A DNA stretch of 64,000 nucleotides from NCBI GenBank assembly GCA_001777575.1, contig MFEL01000010.1, positions 84,661-148,660 of the forward strand, given 5' to 3'. Positions within the stretch are counted from its first letter, which is position 1; the number at the start of each line of letters is the position of its first letter. The notes beneath the pieces are model-generated. The model worked only from the letters and a program-made list of their open reading frames with translations. It was not told the DNA's origin and searched no databases. Below are positions 1-9,641 of this stretch, one piece after another. A program made the translations under genes and the position numbers. The stretch comes from Candidatus Doudnabacteria bacterium RIFCSPHIGHO2_01_FULL_46_24. GTDB taxonomy: Bacteria; Patescibacteriota; Doudnabacteria; UBA920; O2-02-FULL-48-8.

Positions 1-165
1 TTTGGCTTTTTCAAAAAACAAATCCAAAAATTTCTTGCCTATGCCGTCAACGTCGAAAATATACTGGTTGAGGTCAATCGAAACCCGTGCGTTTTGGCAA
101 TCCGAAAGCATAGCCTCCCACGCCTCCATAGGGTTGTTCAGAAATCGCCAACCGGTTTCATTCAT
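1..165 (-). CDS. Cardiolipin synthase / phospholipase D family protein, N-terminal part (runs off window)
   Basis: Hand translation MNETGWRFLNNPMEAWEAMLSDCQNARVSIDLNQYIFDVDGIGKKFLDLFFEKAK matches the Cls pattern 'A..SI.l..YIF..D..G..F...L..KA'; the HKD motifs lie outside the window. Confidence 0.7.
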   Translation of the reverse strand, partial: MNETGWRFLNNPMEAWEAMLSDCQNARVSIDLNQYIFDVDGIGKKFLDLFFEKAK

Positions 166-183
166 GAGTTTATGCACTTAAAA

Positions 184-663
184 CTATGTTTTTCCTTTTA
201 GTTTTACCGCCACTTTGCGGGGAGCTTTGTCAGCCGCTTGCCTCACCAATTCCGAGCTCGATTGAATCTTGCCGCCGTGGCCGACGTTGAAGATCATCTT
301 TATATCAAGCTTCCTGCAAACCTCTACTTCAGGCACATTGCTTTTGACCCGGTCTCCGCCATTGGCAAAAATGTCAGGTTTTAGTTCTCGCAATTCCTTA
401 ATCACGCTCATATCCTGCGGATCCGGGGGATGATTGGTGATGACCACGTGATCCACGTATTTGATGGATTTGATAATTTCCTTGCGCTCGCGCTCATTCA
501 TGAAAATATAGCCCTTTTTCTTGTATAGCCAGTTATCGTTGTTAAGGATAACCACCAGCTCGTCTCCCAATTTTTTGGCGTCGTGAAAATAGCGGACATG
601 CCCGGCGTGAATTGGGTCAAATCCGCCGGAAACCGCTACTACCGTCTTTTTTTGCTCAGTCAT
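184..663 (-). CDS. Cytidylyl/adenylyltransferase family (TagD/RibL/RfaE-II-like)
   Basis: SGGFDPIHAGH (HxGH) motif, NGGDR, C-terminal QSSS. Confidence 0.85.
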   Translation of the reverse strand: MTEQKKTVVAVSGGFDPIHAGHVRYFHDAKKLGDELVVILNNDNWLYKKKGYIFMNERERKEIIKSIKYVDHVVITNHPPDPQDMSVIKELRELKPDIFANGGDRVKSNVPEVEVCRKLDIKMIFNVGHGGKIQSSSELVRQAADKAPRKVAVKLKGKT

Positions 664-1114
664 CTCGGTCAGTTTGTGAATAATAATTATTTTTTTCTAT
701 ATTGGCAATGGCCTCTCTGCTGTCGCGGGTTATATCGTCTGGTAAATCATTAATGTCGAACCACTTCAGTTCCGAACAAAGTTCAGGCTCTTTCAATGCA
801 ATTTCGCCACTCCACTTGCTAATAACGAAATACAAATGCAGGCGCGTGTGATCGGGGCTCAAGATACTGCGGACATGCTTCAGTTCGGTCGAATCCAAAG
901 CTATCTTTACCCCCAGTTCCTCTTCCGCCTCCCGCCTAAGTGTCTTAAGCGCCAGCTCATTGGGTTCCGCATGTCCCCCAAATAAATGGAACTTGCCGTC
1001 AGCCCAGCCCGTGTTCTGACGCCTGCCCAGCAAAATCTTGTCCCCCTCGCGCAACACAAGGTGAACAGCCAATACAACCTTAAATCTGTCGCCCGGACTT
1101 ATCATGTTCTTCAT
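656..1114 (-). CDS. NUDIX hydrolase
   Basis: Nudix box GGHAEPNE...LRREAEEELGV. Confidence 0.85.
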   Translation of the reverse strand: MKNMISPGDRFKVVLAVHLVLREGDKILLGRRQNTGWADGKFHLFGGHAEPNELALKTLRREAEEELGVKIALDSTELKHVRSILSPDHTRLHLYFVISKWSGEIALKEPELCSELKWFDINDLPDDITRDSREAIANIEKNNYYSQTDRDD

Positions 1115-1162
1115 GTTCTTGTCGTCATCGCCTTTATTACTCCTAATATATCCTATCTCGAG

Positions 1163-1729
1163 CTATTTGACCTTTTCGATCAATTCGCGTACCAAGTCTT
1201 TTGGCAAACCGGCGATGCTGTCAATTGTGCCTTCAATCTTTTTTACATATGGCTGAAAAATCTCCGTTTCGGCCGCAAAACTCCCCGCGTGCTCAAGCGC
1301 TTCTGGGGTATCGACAAAGTTCTTAAATAAATTCTCATCAAACGGCTTAAACCAGACAGTTGCGATGTCAACGCCGGAAACTCTTCTGCCCGTAGCCGTA
1401 TTGGTTATCACCACGGCGCAGACCGTCTTTGCCGGCCTATCTCCAAAATCTTGAAGCACTTCCCTGGCCTCCTGCTTCGTTGCCGGCTTCTCCAGAACTT
1501 TGCCCTCAAACACCACAATCAAATCAGCGGTAACAAGCAGCGTATCATGGTCAAGTTTTGGAATCAAGGCGTCAGCTTTGGCATTGGCTATATCAAGGAC
1601 CATTTGATTTGGGTTTTCGTGCCTGATCGCCTTCTCGTCAATATCTGCCGTCATCACCTCAAACTTATACCCCATCTCCAGCAAAATCTGCCGCCTCCTT
1701 TTTGATGCTGATCCCAAGACTATTTTCAT
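1163..1729 (-). CDS. maf: Maf-family nucleoside triphosphate pyrophosphatase
   Basis: IVLGSASKRRRQIL, DIDEK, LEKP, AGS and GLP motifs. Confidence 0.9.
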   Translation of the reverse strand: MKIVLGSASKRRRQILLEMGYKFEVMTADIDEKAIRHENPNQMVLDIANAKADALIPKLDHDTLLVTADLIVVFEGKVLEKPATKQEAREVLQDFGDRPAKTVCAVVITNTATGRRVSGVDIATVWFKPFDENLFKNFVDTPEALEHAGSFAAETEIFQPYVKKIEGTIDSIAGLPKDLVRELIEKVK

Positions 1730-1761
1730 GTTAAATAATAATTTACAATCTTTAACTTCAA

Positions 1762-1789
1762 TACTACATTACGATATAGTATTGTAGTA
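1762..1789. repeat. 28-bp palindromic site, cassette 1, downstream copy
   Basis: tactacattac-gatata-gtattgtagta; 24 bp (1766-1789) identical to 2258-2281. Confidence 0.9.
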
Positions 1790-1796
1790 ACCAGTG

Positions 1797-2246
1797 CTAG
1801 CTTCGAGCTGAGCGGCGCTTTCTGCCCTTTTTATAAACCTTGGTTAATTCCTTTGCTGTCCCAACCCAAAATTGCTGCGCCTGTCTTACCTGTCCCGTAA
1901 CCAATCGCCGTTTGAGCTCGCCGGGTTTATGATTAATCTTCCACAAGCGGTCAATTACCAATTTGTAGCCTTCGCCAAAGGATTGATATTGTTCGCTTAA
2001 CTTGGCTATTGTCACCTCGCTCATGTTTAGCTGTTTGCGAATATCAAAGTATCTATATCCTTCGTCGAGCATTCTAATTGCCTCCAAGCGCTTGGAGAGC
2101 ATTTTGATTTCGGTTCTGGTCAAAATGTTTCGGAGGAATTTCCTTACTTCGTCCTTCGTTTCAAGCAAAGTAACCGCCTGCCACAGCTGATTGAGCATCT
2201 GTTCATCACGCTCCAAGGGAAGTTTTTTTCTGGAAATTTTAGTCAT
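1797..2246 (-). CDS. TrpR/YerC-YecD-like HTH protein (cassette 1)
   Basis: MTKISRK...FLRNILTRTEIKMLSKRLEAIRML..G.RY..I...LNMSEVTIAKL...GEGY; start moved to ATG 2246 by analogy with the paralog at 19986. Confidence 0.85.
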   Translation of the reverse strand: MTKISRKKLPLERDEQMLNQLWQAVTLLETKDEVRKFLRNILTRTEIKMLSKRLEAIRMLDEGYRYFDIRKQLNMSEVTIAKLSEQYQSFGEGYKLVIDRLWKINHKPGELKRRLVTGQVRQAQQFWVGTAKELTKVYKKGRKRRSARS

Positions 2247-2253
2247 AATTCTT

Positions 2254-2281
2254 AACCACATTACGATATAGTATTGTAGTA
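2254..2281. repeat. 28-bp palindromic site, cassette 1, upstream copy (putative operator)
   Basis: aaccacattac-gatata-gtattgtagta; sits directly after a minus-strand TGnTATACT -10 element (2284-2292). Confidence 0.9.
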
Positions 2282-2388
2282 TTAGTATAACATATCTTAG
2301 TTTAGCAAGATAAGAGCCGGCATAAATTAATAAAAATTCATCTTGACCAGGCGTTTTGCTTAAACTACCAAAAAGATATAAAATCAAG

Positions 2389-2580
2389 TCAATACCGGCG
2401 GTACAATTATCTGTGAAGTCACCGGATGATTGCAAGACCCGCCGCCTAGTATTCTAAAAGCACGGAGGAAGCGATTCTAGAACCGCCGCCCTTACCCGAA
2501 TAGGCACGCTCGTGCCGCAAAAATTCGGGCCAAGCGTGCTAGCCGCCTCTACTGACGTTCGTCAGCAAGCGGCTTTCTCT
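2389..2580 (+). other. Candidate structured non-coding RNA or leader
   Basis: GC-rich stretch with no credible ORF, several hairpins, and a terminal agccgc...gcggct-ttctct hairpin; TTGACC at 2343. Confidence 0.3.
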
Positions 2581-2705
2581 ATCCCAATTTCACCATATTT
2601 TACCATTAATTTTTGATGTTCAACCTATCGCTTGAGATAATCGTTCCGCCAAGGCTTTACAAAGCTCAACAAGTCTGTTAAGATTTTTGCTCAAGGAGGA
2701 GTGCT

Positions 2706-2957
2706 TTGGCCTATTCTCATAATAAGAATTGGCGGCTTCGTAACCCTGACAAGCGATACAGCGGAAAAATGAGGTACTACAGGAAACACCGTGACGATCC
2801 TAGTAAGAAAAGAAACTCCGGGCAAAAGTGGGCCATCAACGACATCTACCTGATTACGGCCCCTGATCGACCTTGTGATGTCCAACTGGCTAATCAGCTA
2901 GGTAGATCATTAGAAGCTATACAGGTCATGAGAGCGAAACTTAAAAAACCTATTTGA
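2706..2957 (+). CDS. Small basic hypothetical protein with an HTH/Myb-like C-terminus
   Basis: SD aaggagg before TTG; W....D..L...D..LA..LGRS..AIQ..R.KL pattern; terminator follows. Confidence 0.7.
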   Translation: MAYSHNKNWRLRNPDKRYSGKMRYYRKHRDDPSKKRNSGQKWAINDIYLITAPDRPCDVQLANQLGRSLEAIQVMRAKLKKPI

Positions 2958-2959
2958 AC

Positions 2960-2989
2960 GGTCAGCCTCAAGGCTAGACCTTTTTTTTT
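2960..2989 (+). terminator. Intrinsic terminator between convergent genes
   Basis: ggtcagcctcaaggctagacc hairpin followed by a T-run. Confidence 0.7.
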
Positions 2990-5561
2990 AAGCCAATTTA
3001 GCCATATTTTGCTGGTGTTCCAGCGTGTTCACCAGCCCGCACTTCTTATATTTCTTTCCGCTGCCACAGGGACACGGGTCATTCCTTCCAATATTTTGAT
3101 CTTTGATATTTGAATTTTGATTTTGCGACGGAGTCGCCACCACATCCACCTTAAAAATCGTATAAACCACTTGCTTATCCACTTGCTTAAGCAACTGCTC
3201 AAAAAGCTTAAAGCCTTCATTTTTGAACTCAATCAGGGGATCCCGCTGTCCCCAGCCGCGGAGTCTGACCGAGTCGCGCAGATGCTCCATAGTGTCCAGA
3301 TGTTCTTGCCACAGCGTGTCTATGGAGCGAAGATAAACAAGTCTCTCGAGCTGATGAATTAAATCGTGCCCGAGCTTATCATGTTTGGCCTTATATTCCC
3401 GTTCCGCGATGCTGACCAAATGCGCAGTCAGCTGGTCTGGATTTTTCTCATCCGTCACATCCTCAGGCTTGAGCGGCATAATACTTGCGGCAACTTGATA
3501 TATTTCTTTAATGTCCTGCTTGTCCTCCGAAGCTTTAGCGAAGGAGGAACTAAAGTGAAAATCCACGATCTCCGCGATTTCTTTCTCGATTAAATCCAAG
3601 ATTTTCTGGGACAAATCTTCCTTAGCCTCCAAAAACTCCCTGCGCCTGGCATAGACCACGGTCCGGTGCTTGTTCATGACGTCGTCATACTCCAAAACGT
3701 GCTTGCGCATGTCAAAATTTAAGCCCTCAATCTTGCGCTGGGCGGATTCAATGGATTTGGAAACCAAGCCGTGCTCAATCGGCTGATCCGGAGGAATGCC
3801 AAGCGTATCCATAAGCTTGCCCACCCGTTCGCCGCCGAATAATCTCATCAAATCGTCTTCCAATGAAAGAAAAAACTGCGACTCGCCCGGATCGCCCTGG
3901 CGACCGGACCGGCCGCGGAGCTGGTTGTCGATGCGGCGGCTCTCATGCCGCTCCGTGCCGATGACCGCCAAACCGCCAAGCTCTCTCACTCCCTGGCCCA
4001 AAACAATGTCCACACCCCGGCCGGCGATATTGGTGGCCAGCGTCACCTTGCCCATCTGTCCGGCTGATGCGATGATGTGCGCTTCTTTCTCATGGTTCTT
4101 GGCGTTCAGAAGCTCATGCGGGACACCGGACTGTTCCAAAAGCCGGGAGAGCATCTCGTTCTTTTCAATCGAAATGGTGCCGATCAAAACCGGCTGGCCG
4201 GCTAAATGCTTTTGCTTGACCAGCTGGACCGCGGCCTGAAACTTTCCTCCCACTGTTTTATAAACCTGGTCGGCTAAATCTTTCCTGATCATCGGCTGGT
4301 GAGTCGGGATAACCACGACTTCCAGATTATAAATTTTATGAAATTCCTCAGCTTCGGTTTCAGCCGTGCCAGTCATGCCGGCCAATTTTTTGTACAAACG
4401 AAAAAGGTTCTGGAAAGTGATGGTGGCCAAAGTTTTGCTTTCCTGCTGGATTTTGACGCCTTCCTTGGCTTCAATAGCCTGGTGCAGACCTTCCGAATAG
4501 CGACGGCCGTACATGAGCCTGCCGGTAAATTCATCCACGATCACGATCTCTCCGCTTTTGACTACGTAATTTACGTCTTTTTTGAACAAAGTAAGCGCTC
4601 GCAAGGCGGCATCGGCCTGATGGCGAAGCTTGGGGTCAGTATAAATTTCCTGGCCGAATTTGCGCTCCAGCTTCTCGTTGCCCATGTCTGAATACGCGCT
4701 CTGGCGGTGCTTCTCATCCAAAATGTAATCTTCTTCGGTCAAGCTGGCGGCAAGTTTGGCAAATTCATAATATCGGTCAGTCGGCTCCGTGTCCGGCGCG
4801 GAAATAATCAGCGGCGTGCGCGCCTCGTCAATCAAGATCGAATCGACTTCGTCCACGATGGCGTAATGCAATTCTTTCTGAACCATTTGCTCCTTCTGCC
4901 AAACCATATTGTCGCGCAAATAATCAAAACCAAACTCGTTGTTCGTGCCATAAGTGATGTCTGCCGCGTAAGCCTGCCTGCGGCTGATAGGACGCATATG
5001 CTTAACATCCAAAACCAAGCCTTGGACTTGCGCTTCTACTTGTTTAACTTCTTCCGCTTCCGGCTCATAGGTTGAGTCATACAAAAAAGCCTGCTCGTGC
5101 TGAATGGAAGACACGGACAAACCAAGGTAATGATAAATCTGCCCCATCCACGAAGCTTGCCAGCGCGCCAAATAATCGTTCACGGTAATGAGATGAACTC
5201 CACGGCCGGTCAGAGCATTAAGATACAAAGGCAGTGTCGCAACCAAGGTCTTGCCTTCTCCGGTCTTCATTTCCGCAATCACTCCCTGGTGCAGCACAGT
5301 GCCGCCAATCAACTGGACATCATAGTGCCGCTGGCCGATCGTGCGCTTGGCCGCTTCTCTGACCGCGGCAAACGCTTGGGGGAGAATCTCGTCCAAATCC
5401 AAATCCGACTCTGACTTCCACTCCGCGGTCAGCGCCTTAAGCTCGTCCTGCGATTTTTTCTCAAACTCGGGTTCGAGTGAGTTGATTCTCTCAACCAGCT
5501 TACGATGCTTGCTTACAACCGCCTCATTCGACCCGCCAAAAATTTTGCCAAAGATAGACAT
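2988..5561 (-). CDS. secA: Preprotein translocase ATPase SecA
   Basis: EMKTGEGKT, DEVDSILIDEARTPLIIS, QLRGRSGRQGDPG, C-terminal SEC-C GRNDPCPCGSGKKYKKC. Confidence 0.99.
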   Translation of the reverse strand: MSIFGKIFGGSNEAVVSKHRKLVERINSLEPEFEKKSQDELKALTAEWKSESDLDLDEILPQAFAAVREAAKRTIGQRHYDVQLIGGTVLHQGVIAEMKTGEGKTLVATLPLYLNALTGRGVHLITVNDYLARWQASWMGQIYHYLGLSVSSIQHEQAFLYDSTYEPEAEEVKQVEAQVQGLVLDVKHMRPISRRQAYAADITYGTNNEFGFDYLRDNMVWQKEQMVQKELHYAIVDEVDSILIDEARTPLIISAPDTEPTDRYYEFAKLAASLTEEDYILDEKHRQSAYSDMGNEKLERKFGQEIYTDPKLRHQADAALRALTLFKKDVNYVVKSGEIVIVDEFTGRLMYGRRYSEGLHQAIEAKEGVKIQQESKTLATITFQNLFRLYKKLAGMTGTAETEAEEFHKIYNLEVVVIPTHQPMIRKDLADQVYKTVGGKFQAAVQLVKQKHLAGQPVLIGTISIEKNEMLSRLLEQSGVPHELLNAKNHEKEAHIIASAGQMGKVTLATNIAGRGVDIVLGQGVRELGGLAVIGTERHESRRIDNQLRGRSGRQGDPGESQFFLSLEDDLMRLFGGERVGKLMDTLGIPPDQPIEHGLVSKSIESAQRKIEGLNFDMRKHVLEYDDVMNKHRTVVYARRREFLEAKEDLSQKILDLIEKEIAEIVDFHFSSSFAKASEDKQDIKEIYQVAASIMPLKPEDVTDEKNPDQLTAHLVSIAEREYKAKHDKLGHDLIHQLERLVYLRSIDTLWQEHLDTMEHLRDSVRLRGWGQRDPLIEFKNEGFKLFEQLLKQVDKQVVYTIFKVDVVATPSQNQNSNIKDQNIGRNDPCPCGSGKKYKKCGLVNTLEHQQNMAKLA
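3519..3548. repeat. Palindromic REP-like insert in secA (encodes SSFAKASEDK)
   Basis: cttgtcctccgaagctttagcgaaggagga; tcctcc/ggagga stem; 30 bp, in frame. Confidence 0.65.
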
Positions 5562-5652
5562 AAAAGCTTAGTAATTATATCGTTTTTAAGCCAAAAAGAA
5601 AAGGTAAAAAAAAGACGAGAATATCTCGCCTCGAACCATACAGTACTCGCTG

Positions 5653-6261
5653 CTACCACCGCATCGAAAGTCCTCGGTCAATCCGTGCCAGCAGTTGTTC
5701 TCGTTGCGGAAAAGCAGGCATCTTGGCCAAGAATTCCTTCGCCGCCTCAGTCCGACGCTGTGGAACCGAATCAATCACCATTTTCCTTAAATCCCCAACC
5801 ACGCCTGGTATGCGCTTCTCCCACCAATCCAGACTGTGCTGACCGCCCGTGAGTTCGTAACTGAAGAAATAGAACGCCGCCTCTGGATCAAGACGGATTG
5901 CCTGCCGAAACACGCCATGAGCCCAATACTCGCCCTGATAGTGGTCATACATGACCAGGGCCCAATATGGATCAGGGTGCATCGCCTCCAGCAACCTGTT
6001 CTCGACCCACGGCTGGTCCAGGAACGGCGCCACACATCGGAAAGCCTCACGAGGATTTTCGAAGATCTTTTCAGATACAGGCTGGCTGCCTTCGGCGCAG
6101 TTGTCGGGCATCAGCTTGAGCGCCTCGACGCGCGATTCTTCGAGCTTGCGCTGCGCGTTTCGGCTTGTCCTGAGCGCGAGAAAAGCAAAAACTACCAGTA
6201 GTGCCATGGCCAGGACCGTCACAATTCTCGCTCCCCGATCCATTGCCTGATGAACTGTCAT
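5653..6261 (-). CDS. Hypothetical protein with an N-terminal membrane anchor
   Basis: SD aaggag before ATG 6261; hydrophobic segment IVTVLAMALLVVFAFLAL. Confidence 0.7.
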   Translation of the reverse strand: MTVHQAMDRGARIVTVLAMALLVVFAFLALRTSRNAQRKLEESRVEALKLMPDNCAEGSQPVSEKIFENPREAFRCVAPFLDQPWVENRLLEAMHPDPYWALVMYDHYQGEYWAHGVFRQAIRLDPEAAFYFFSYELTGGQHSLDWWEKRIPGVVGDLRKMVIDSVPQRRTEAAKEFLAKMPAFPQREQLLARIDRGLSMRW

Positions 6262-6388
6262 ACACACTCCTTGAGGTTGTCCAAGCCTAAACTCTAGCAA
6301 ATCAACAGGAGCTGGTCAAGTCTGCGGTCTGCAGTTCGAAAAAAGCCGAGGCCACTCAAGGGGCGGCCCCGGCAGCACGGCGAGAGAA

Positions 6389-6942
6389 TCAGCGCTTCTT
6401 AGATCCGGTCGCCAGACTGCTCGAGTCCCAGTTGTCCGGGAACACATGAATGTCAAAAACCAGCCGGTACCCGAAGTGCGATACCTCAAGCGTACGCTCG
6501 ACAACCAGTGCCACAAACCGCATCGATCTGAATCCTCCCTGCGTCACGCCTCTGATGAGATCAAGCGCGGAATGGGGCTCCGAACCGTTCCACGACGTAT
6601 CGCCTGATCTCCAGAAGAAGCCCAGCAAGCCTTCGCACACGAGATGGAGACGCTCGTCGTATGCAAATTCCACTTTTCCAAGGCCATAGTGAGTATCCGA
6701 GTATGGAGCCGCCTTCTTCTCCAAATCAAACTTGACTTTGGAGAACCGACGAGCGGTTGCGTGATGGACCTCGGTTGACCACCACTTCTCAACGAACTCG
6801 ATCCTCTTCGCTTGAGATATCTTGGGTGTGGGCCCAAGCCTGCCGCTTAATCCTGCCTTAGTGATCTCATGCCCCCAGGACTGCCAAAGCAGATCCACGA
6901 ACCAGGGGTACTTGACGTAGAGCGCGGTGCCTGTCGCGCCAT
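6389..6942 (-). pseudogene. Hypothetical gene with a probable N-terminal frameshift
   Basis: Strong SD aaaggagg + ATG at 6942 is out of frame with the long ORF ending at 6389, which has no in-frame ATG upstream of its GTG. Confidence 0.45.
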
Positions 6943-7683
6943 TTCGGTCCTCCTTTGGGCCATTTAGGCGTTAGGGTTGTCTCGCTGCGGCCATCTGGGC
7001 GACAGCGGCTTTGGATAAGCTAATTATTATAGGCTGAAAATGATTCAAGAGTCAAAAAATAAGAAAAACATTCTACCTTTCTGCTCGTACGAGCAAAACA
7101 GTAGAATGTCATTACACTAAAAAATATCACCCAAGCCGAAACAGACGCAAAAACCTCAAGGGTTATTCCGTCTGTATTCGGTCAAGAGTTAGTCCACTGC
7201 CTCCGGCGGCAACATGCGCCTCAATACCGGCGGTACGCAGACGCAATTTGCGTCATGTGATAATTTACATATTTACGTTTACTATCACGTTACTAATCGT
7301 GGTAGTAAATGCACTATAAATATTTTTCGTATGTTCACGCTGTCGAAAAAAGAGATGAGGACGCCTCGTCGTGTTCAGATAGTGTAGGTCTGTTTCGGCT
7401 CCTGACGGTCCATGTAAATCCACCGGGAGCTTGCCCGTCGGTAGGTGAATCGGCTGTTGTCGAAGCCGTCGGCGATGCGAACCGCTCCATGAACTGGTCG
7501 TCACTGAGTTGTGCTCGATAGCATCGGCGCGGCGCCGGAGTGCCCTGGTCAATTCCAGCCTGGTTGGCGACGCATAATGTCTAAAAAATCTCATCCCGTC
7601 CCCGCGAGCTTGCTCGATTTTTTATATCCTTTTTCAACAACTTCGAACATGCCTCACGATATTATAAGTGAAAAGGGCTAACC

Positions 7684-7722
7684 TTAGCCAAAATAAACAC
7701 CTCAACCACGGTTGAGGTGTTT
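7684..7722. terminator. Terminator-like hairpin after metK; second copy at 55245-55283
   Basis: aaacacctcaacc-ac-ggttgaggtgttt. Confidence 0.8.
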
Positions 7723-7737
7723 AGTGAATGGCCGCAT

Positions 7738-8709
7738 TCACTCGTCCCACTTAAAACCGTTGCCAAAATGGCCGTAGCGGGCTGTCTGTTCGTACTGAGG
7801 TTTGCGCAAGTCGAGAAAATCTATGATCCCCTTGGGCGTTAAGTCATAACCCTCAATGGGCATCTCTTTGCCGTCCACAATCACTGTGGCCTGCAAGGGC
7901 TCAGCCTTGCCGATGGCATAGGCCAAATACGCATAAACTTCCTTGGCATCGTGCTTGCGAAGGCAGTCCACGGCAATTTTCCTGGCCATGTAAGCGGCGC
8001 TCCTGTCGACCTTAGTCGGGTCTTTGCCGCTGAAGCATCCTCCGCCCACCGGGATTCTGGGTCCATAGTTGTCAATGATAATCTTGCGTCCGGTCAGTCC
8101 AGTGTCAGCATCAAAGCCGCCAATCTGCCAGTCCCCAGTCGGATTGCAATATATCCCGGTTTTCTCAAGACTTAACTGCCGGTTATTAGCCCATGCCTTC
8201 ACGTCAGCTGTCAGGATTTCTTTGCTGACGTTTTGAAAACTGGCTACAATTGCCGAAATCTGCCCGCTTTGGCTGTCCAAAGTAATCTGAGTTTTGCCGT
8301 CATTTGCACTGCCGTGTTTTTCGAAAATGCTCCTGTTTAATTCACGGGCCAGCATAACTTCCAGCGGCATCAGTTCCGGAGTTTCGCCGCAGGCGTAGCC
8401 GACCATAATACCCTGGTCTCCTGCACCGCCCGCGTCAACGCCGCGCGCGATCTGGGGCGATTGCTCGACGATGTTTACCTGCACTCCATATTTGTTCCCC
8501 AAAAGACGGTGGACAATTTCGCGGACATTGACGTAACCGGAAGTGGTGATCTCGCCCGTGACCGTGATGATGCCATGCCCGCCCATGGTTTCCACGGCCA
8601 CGCGCGAATGCGGGTCTTGCTCTAAGAGTTCATCCAAAACCGCGTCCGAGACTCGGTCGCAAATTTTGTCCGGGTGCAGGGGGGAAACTGATTCTGCGGT
8701 TCTGATCAT
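7738..8709 (-). CDS. metK: S-adenosylmethionine synthetase (compact, 323 aa)
   Basis: ESVSPLHPDKICD, GAGDQG, DTGLTGRKIIIDNYG, GGGCFSGKDPTKVDRSAAY. Confidence 0.95.
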   Translation of the reverse strand: MIRTAESVSPLHPDKICDRVSDAVLDELLEQDPHSRVAVETMGGHGIITVTGEITTSGYVNVREIVHRLLGNKYGVQVNIVEQSPQIARGVDAGGAGDQGIMVGYACGETPELMPLEVMLARELNRSIFEKHGSANDGKTQITLDSQSGQISAIVASFQNVSKEILTADVKAWANNRQLSLEKTGIYCNPTGDWQIGGFDADTGLTGRKIIIDNYGPRIPVGGGCFSGKDPTKVDRSAAYMARKIAVDCLRKHDAKEVYAYLAYAIGKAEPLQATVIVDGKEMPIEGYDLTPKGIIDFLDLRKPQYEQTARYGHFGNGFKWDE

Positions 8710-9641
8710 GCCTTATTTTTCGCCGATAATTTTTGAGCGCAAAATTTATACAAGATCATTTTCATCAAAAGCTTGGCTGCCATGAAGTCCGGGCCTGGCA
8801 AGCCTTTGAATGGCGACAGCTCCACCAAATCCATGCCGACGATATTTTTTTTGGCGCAAACGGTTCTAATGATAGGCAAAATATCGTCCCACATTGGCCC
8901 CCCGGGCTCCGGAGTGCCGGTGGAAGGAATCATGGACATGTCAAAGCAATCAATGTCAAAACTGATGTAAACGTTCTCTCCAAGCGACGAGGCGATTTCT
9001 TCCGCCCGCCAACTCTTGCGGTCCTTGGCCAAAAAAACTTTCACTCGGTCAGGATTATTTTGCCAAAATTCGTATTCATTCTTGTTGAAATTTCTGATGC
9101 CGACCAGAGTCGCTTTTCTCAAATTGGGCAAATCCAAAGAATATTTCAGCCACGCCGCGTGGCTGAAATCACGGCCCGAAGAACGGTCATGCAAATCCAT
9201 GTGCGCGTCAAACACCAAGACCGAGACATCCTTAAATTTTTCGTTTATGGCCTGGGCAAAACCATAGCTGATGCCATGTTCCCCGCCGATCACGATTGGA
9301 AATTTGTTATCCGAATACAGCTGCAGAATAAGATTCTTAAGCAATGCGCAGGCCTCCATGGGATCAGCCGGCAAACGAGGCTGATCGCAAGTCCATATCT
9401 TGACTCGGTTGAAATAATCGTCCAACAGCTCATCGTCAAAACTTTCGACCTGATAAGACGCCTCGATCAAACCGCGAGGCCCGTTGGCCGCGCCATGACC
9501 AAAAGTCACTGTGCCTTCAAAGCCGAAAGGCACAATCATCGCTTCTGATGATTTGTAATCAGGCAAGACCGGAGGCAGCGGCGGCAATTCCGGGCCCAAA
9601 AACCCCATGGGCTTAAAGCCCTTAGTGAAATCAAAGTTCAT
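8706..9641 (-). CDS. speB: Agmatinase / ureohydrolase
   Basis: GGEH, DAHMD, SFDIDCFD and TGTPEPGG metal-binding motifs. Confidence 0.92.
   Translation of the reverse strand: MNFDFTKGFKPMGFLGPELPPLPPVLPDYKSSEAMIVPFGFEGTVTFGHGAANGPRGLIEASYQVESFDDELLDDYFNRVKIWTCDQPRLPADPMEACALLKNLILQLYSDNKFPIVIGGEHGISYGFAQAINEKFKDVSVLVFDAHMDLHDRSSGRDFSHAAWLKYSLDLPNLRKATLVGIRNFNKNEYEFWQNNPDRVKVFLAKDRKSWRAEEIASSLGENVYISFDIDCFDMSMIPSTGTPEPGGPMWDDILPIIRTVCAKKNIVGMDLVELSPFKGLPGPDFMAAKLLMKMILYKFCAQKLSAKNKA

Noticed and set aside
2247-2435. N-terminal extension of the first TrpR-like ORF (likewise 19987-20040 for the second)
   Set aside because: It runs through the palindromic site and promoter; both paralogs begin at MTKISR.
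2389-2580. SRP RNA, 6S RNA or a SAM riboswitch
   Set aside because: No SRP helix-8 motif, no long 5'-3' closing stem, no recognisable SAM consensus, and it is not upstream of metK.
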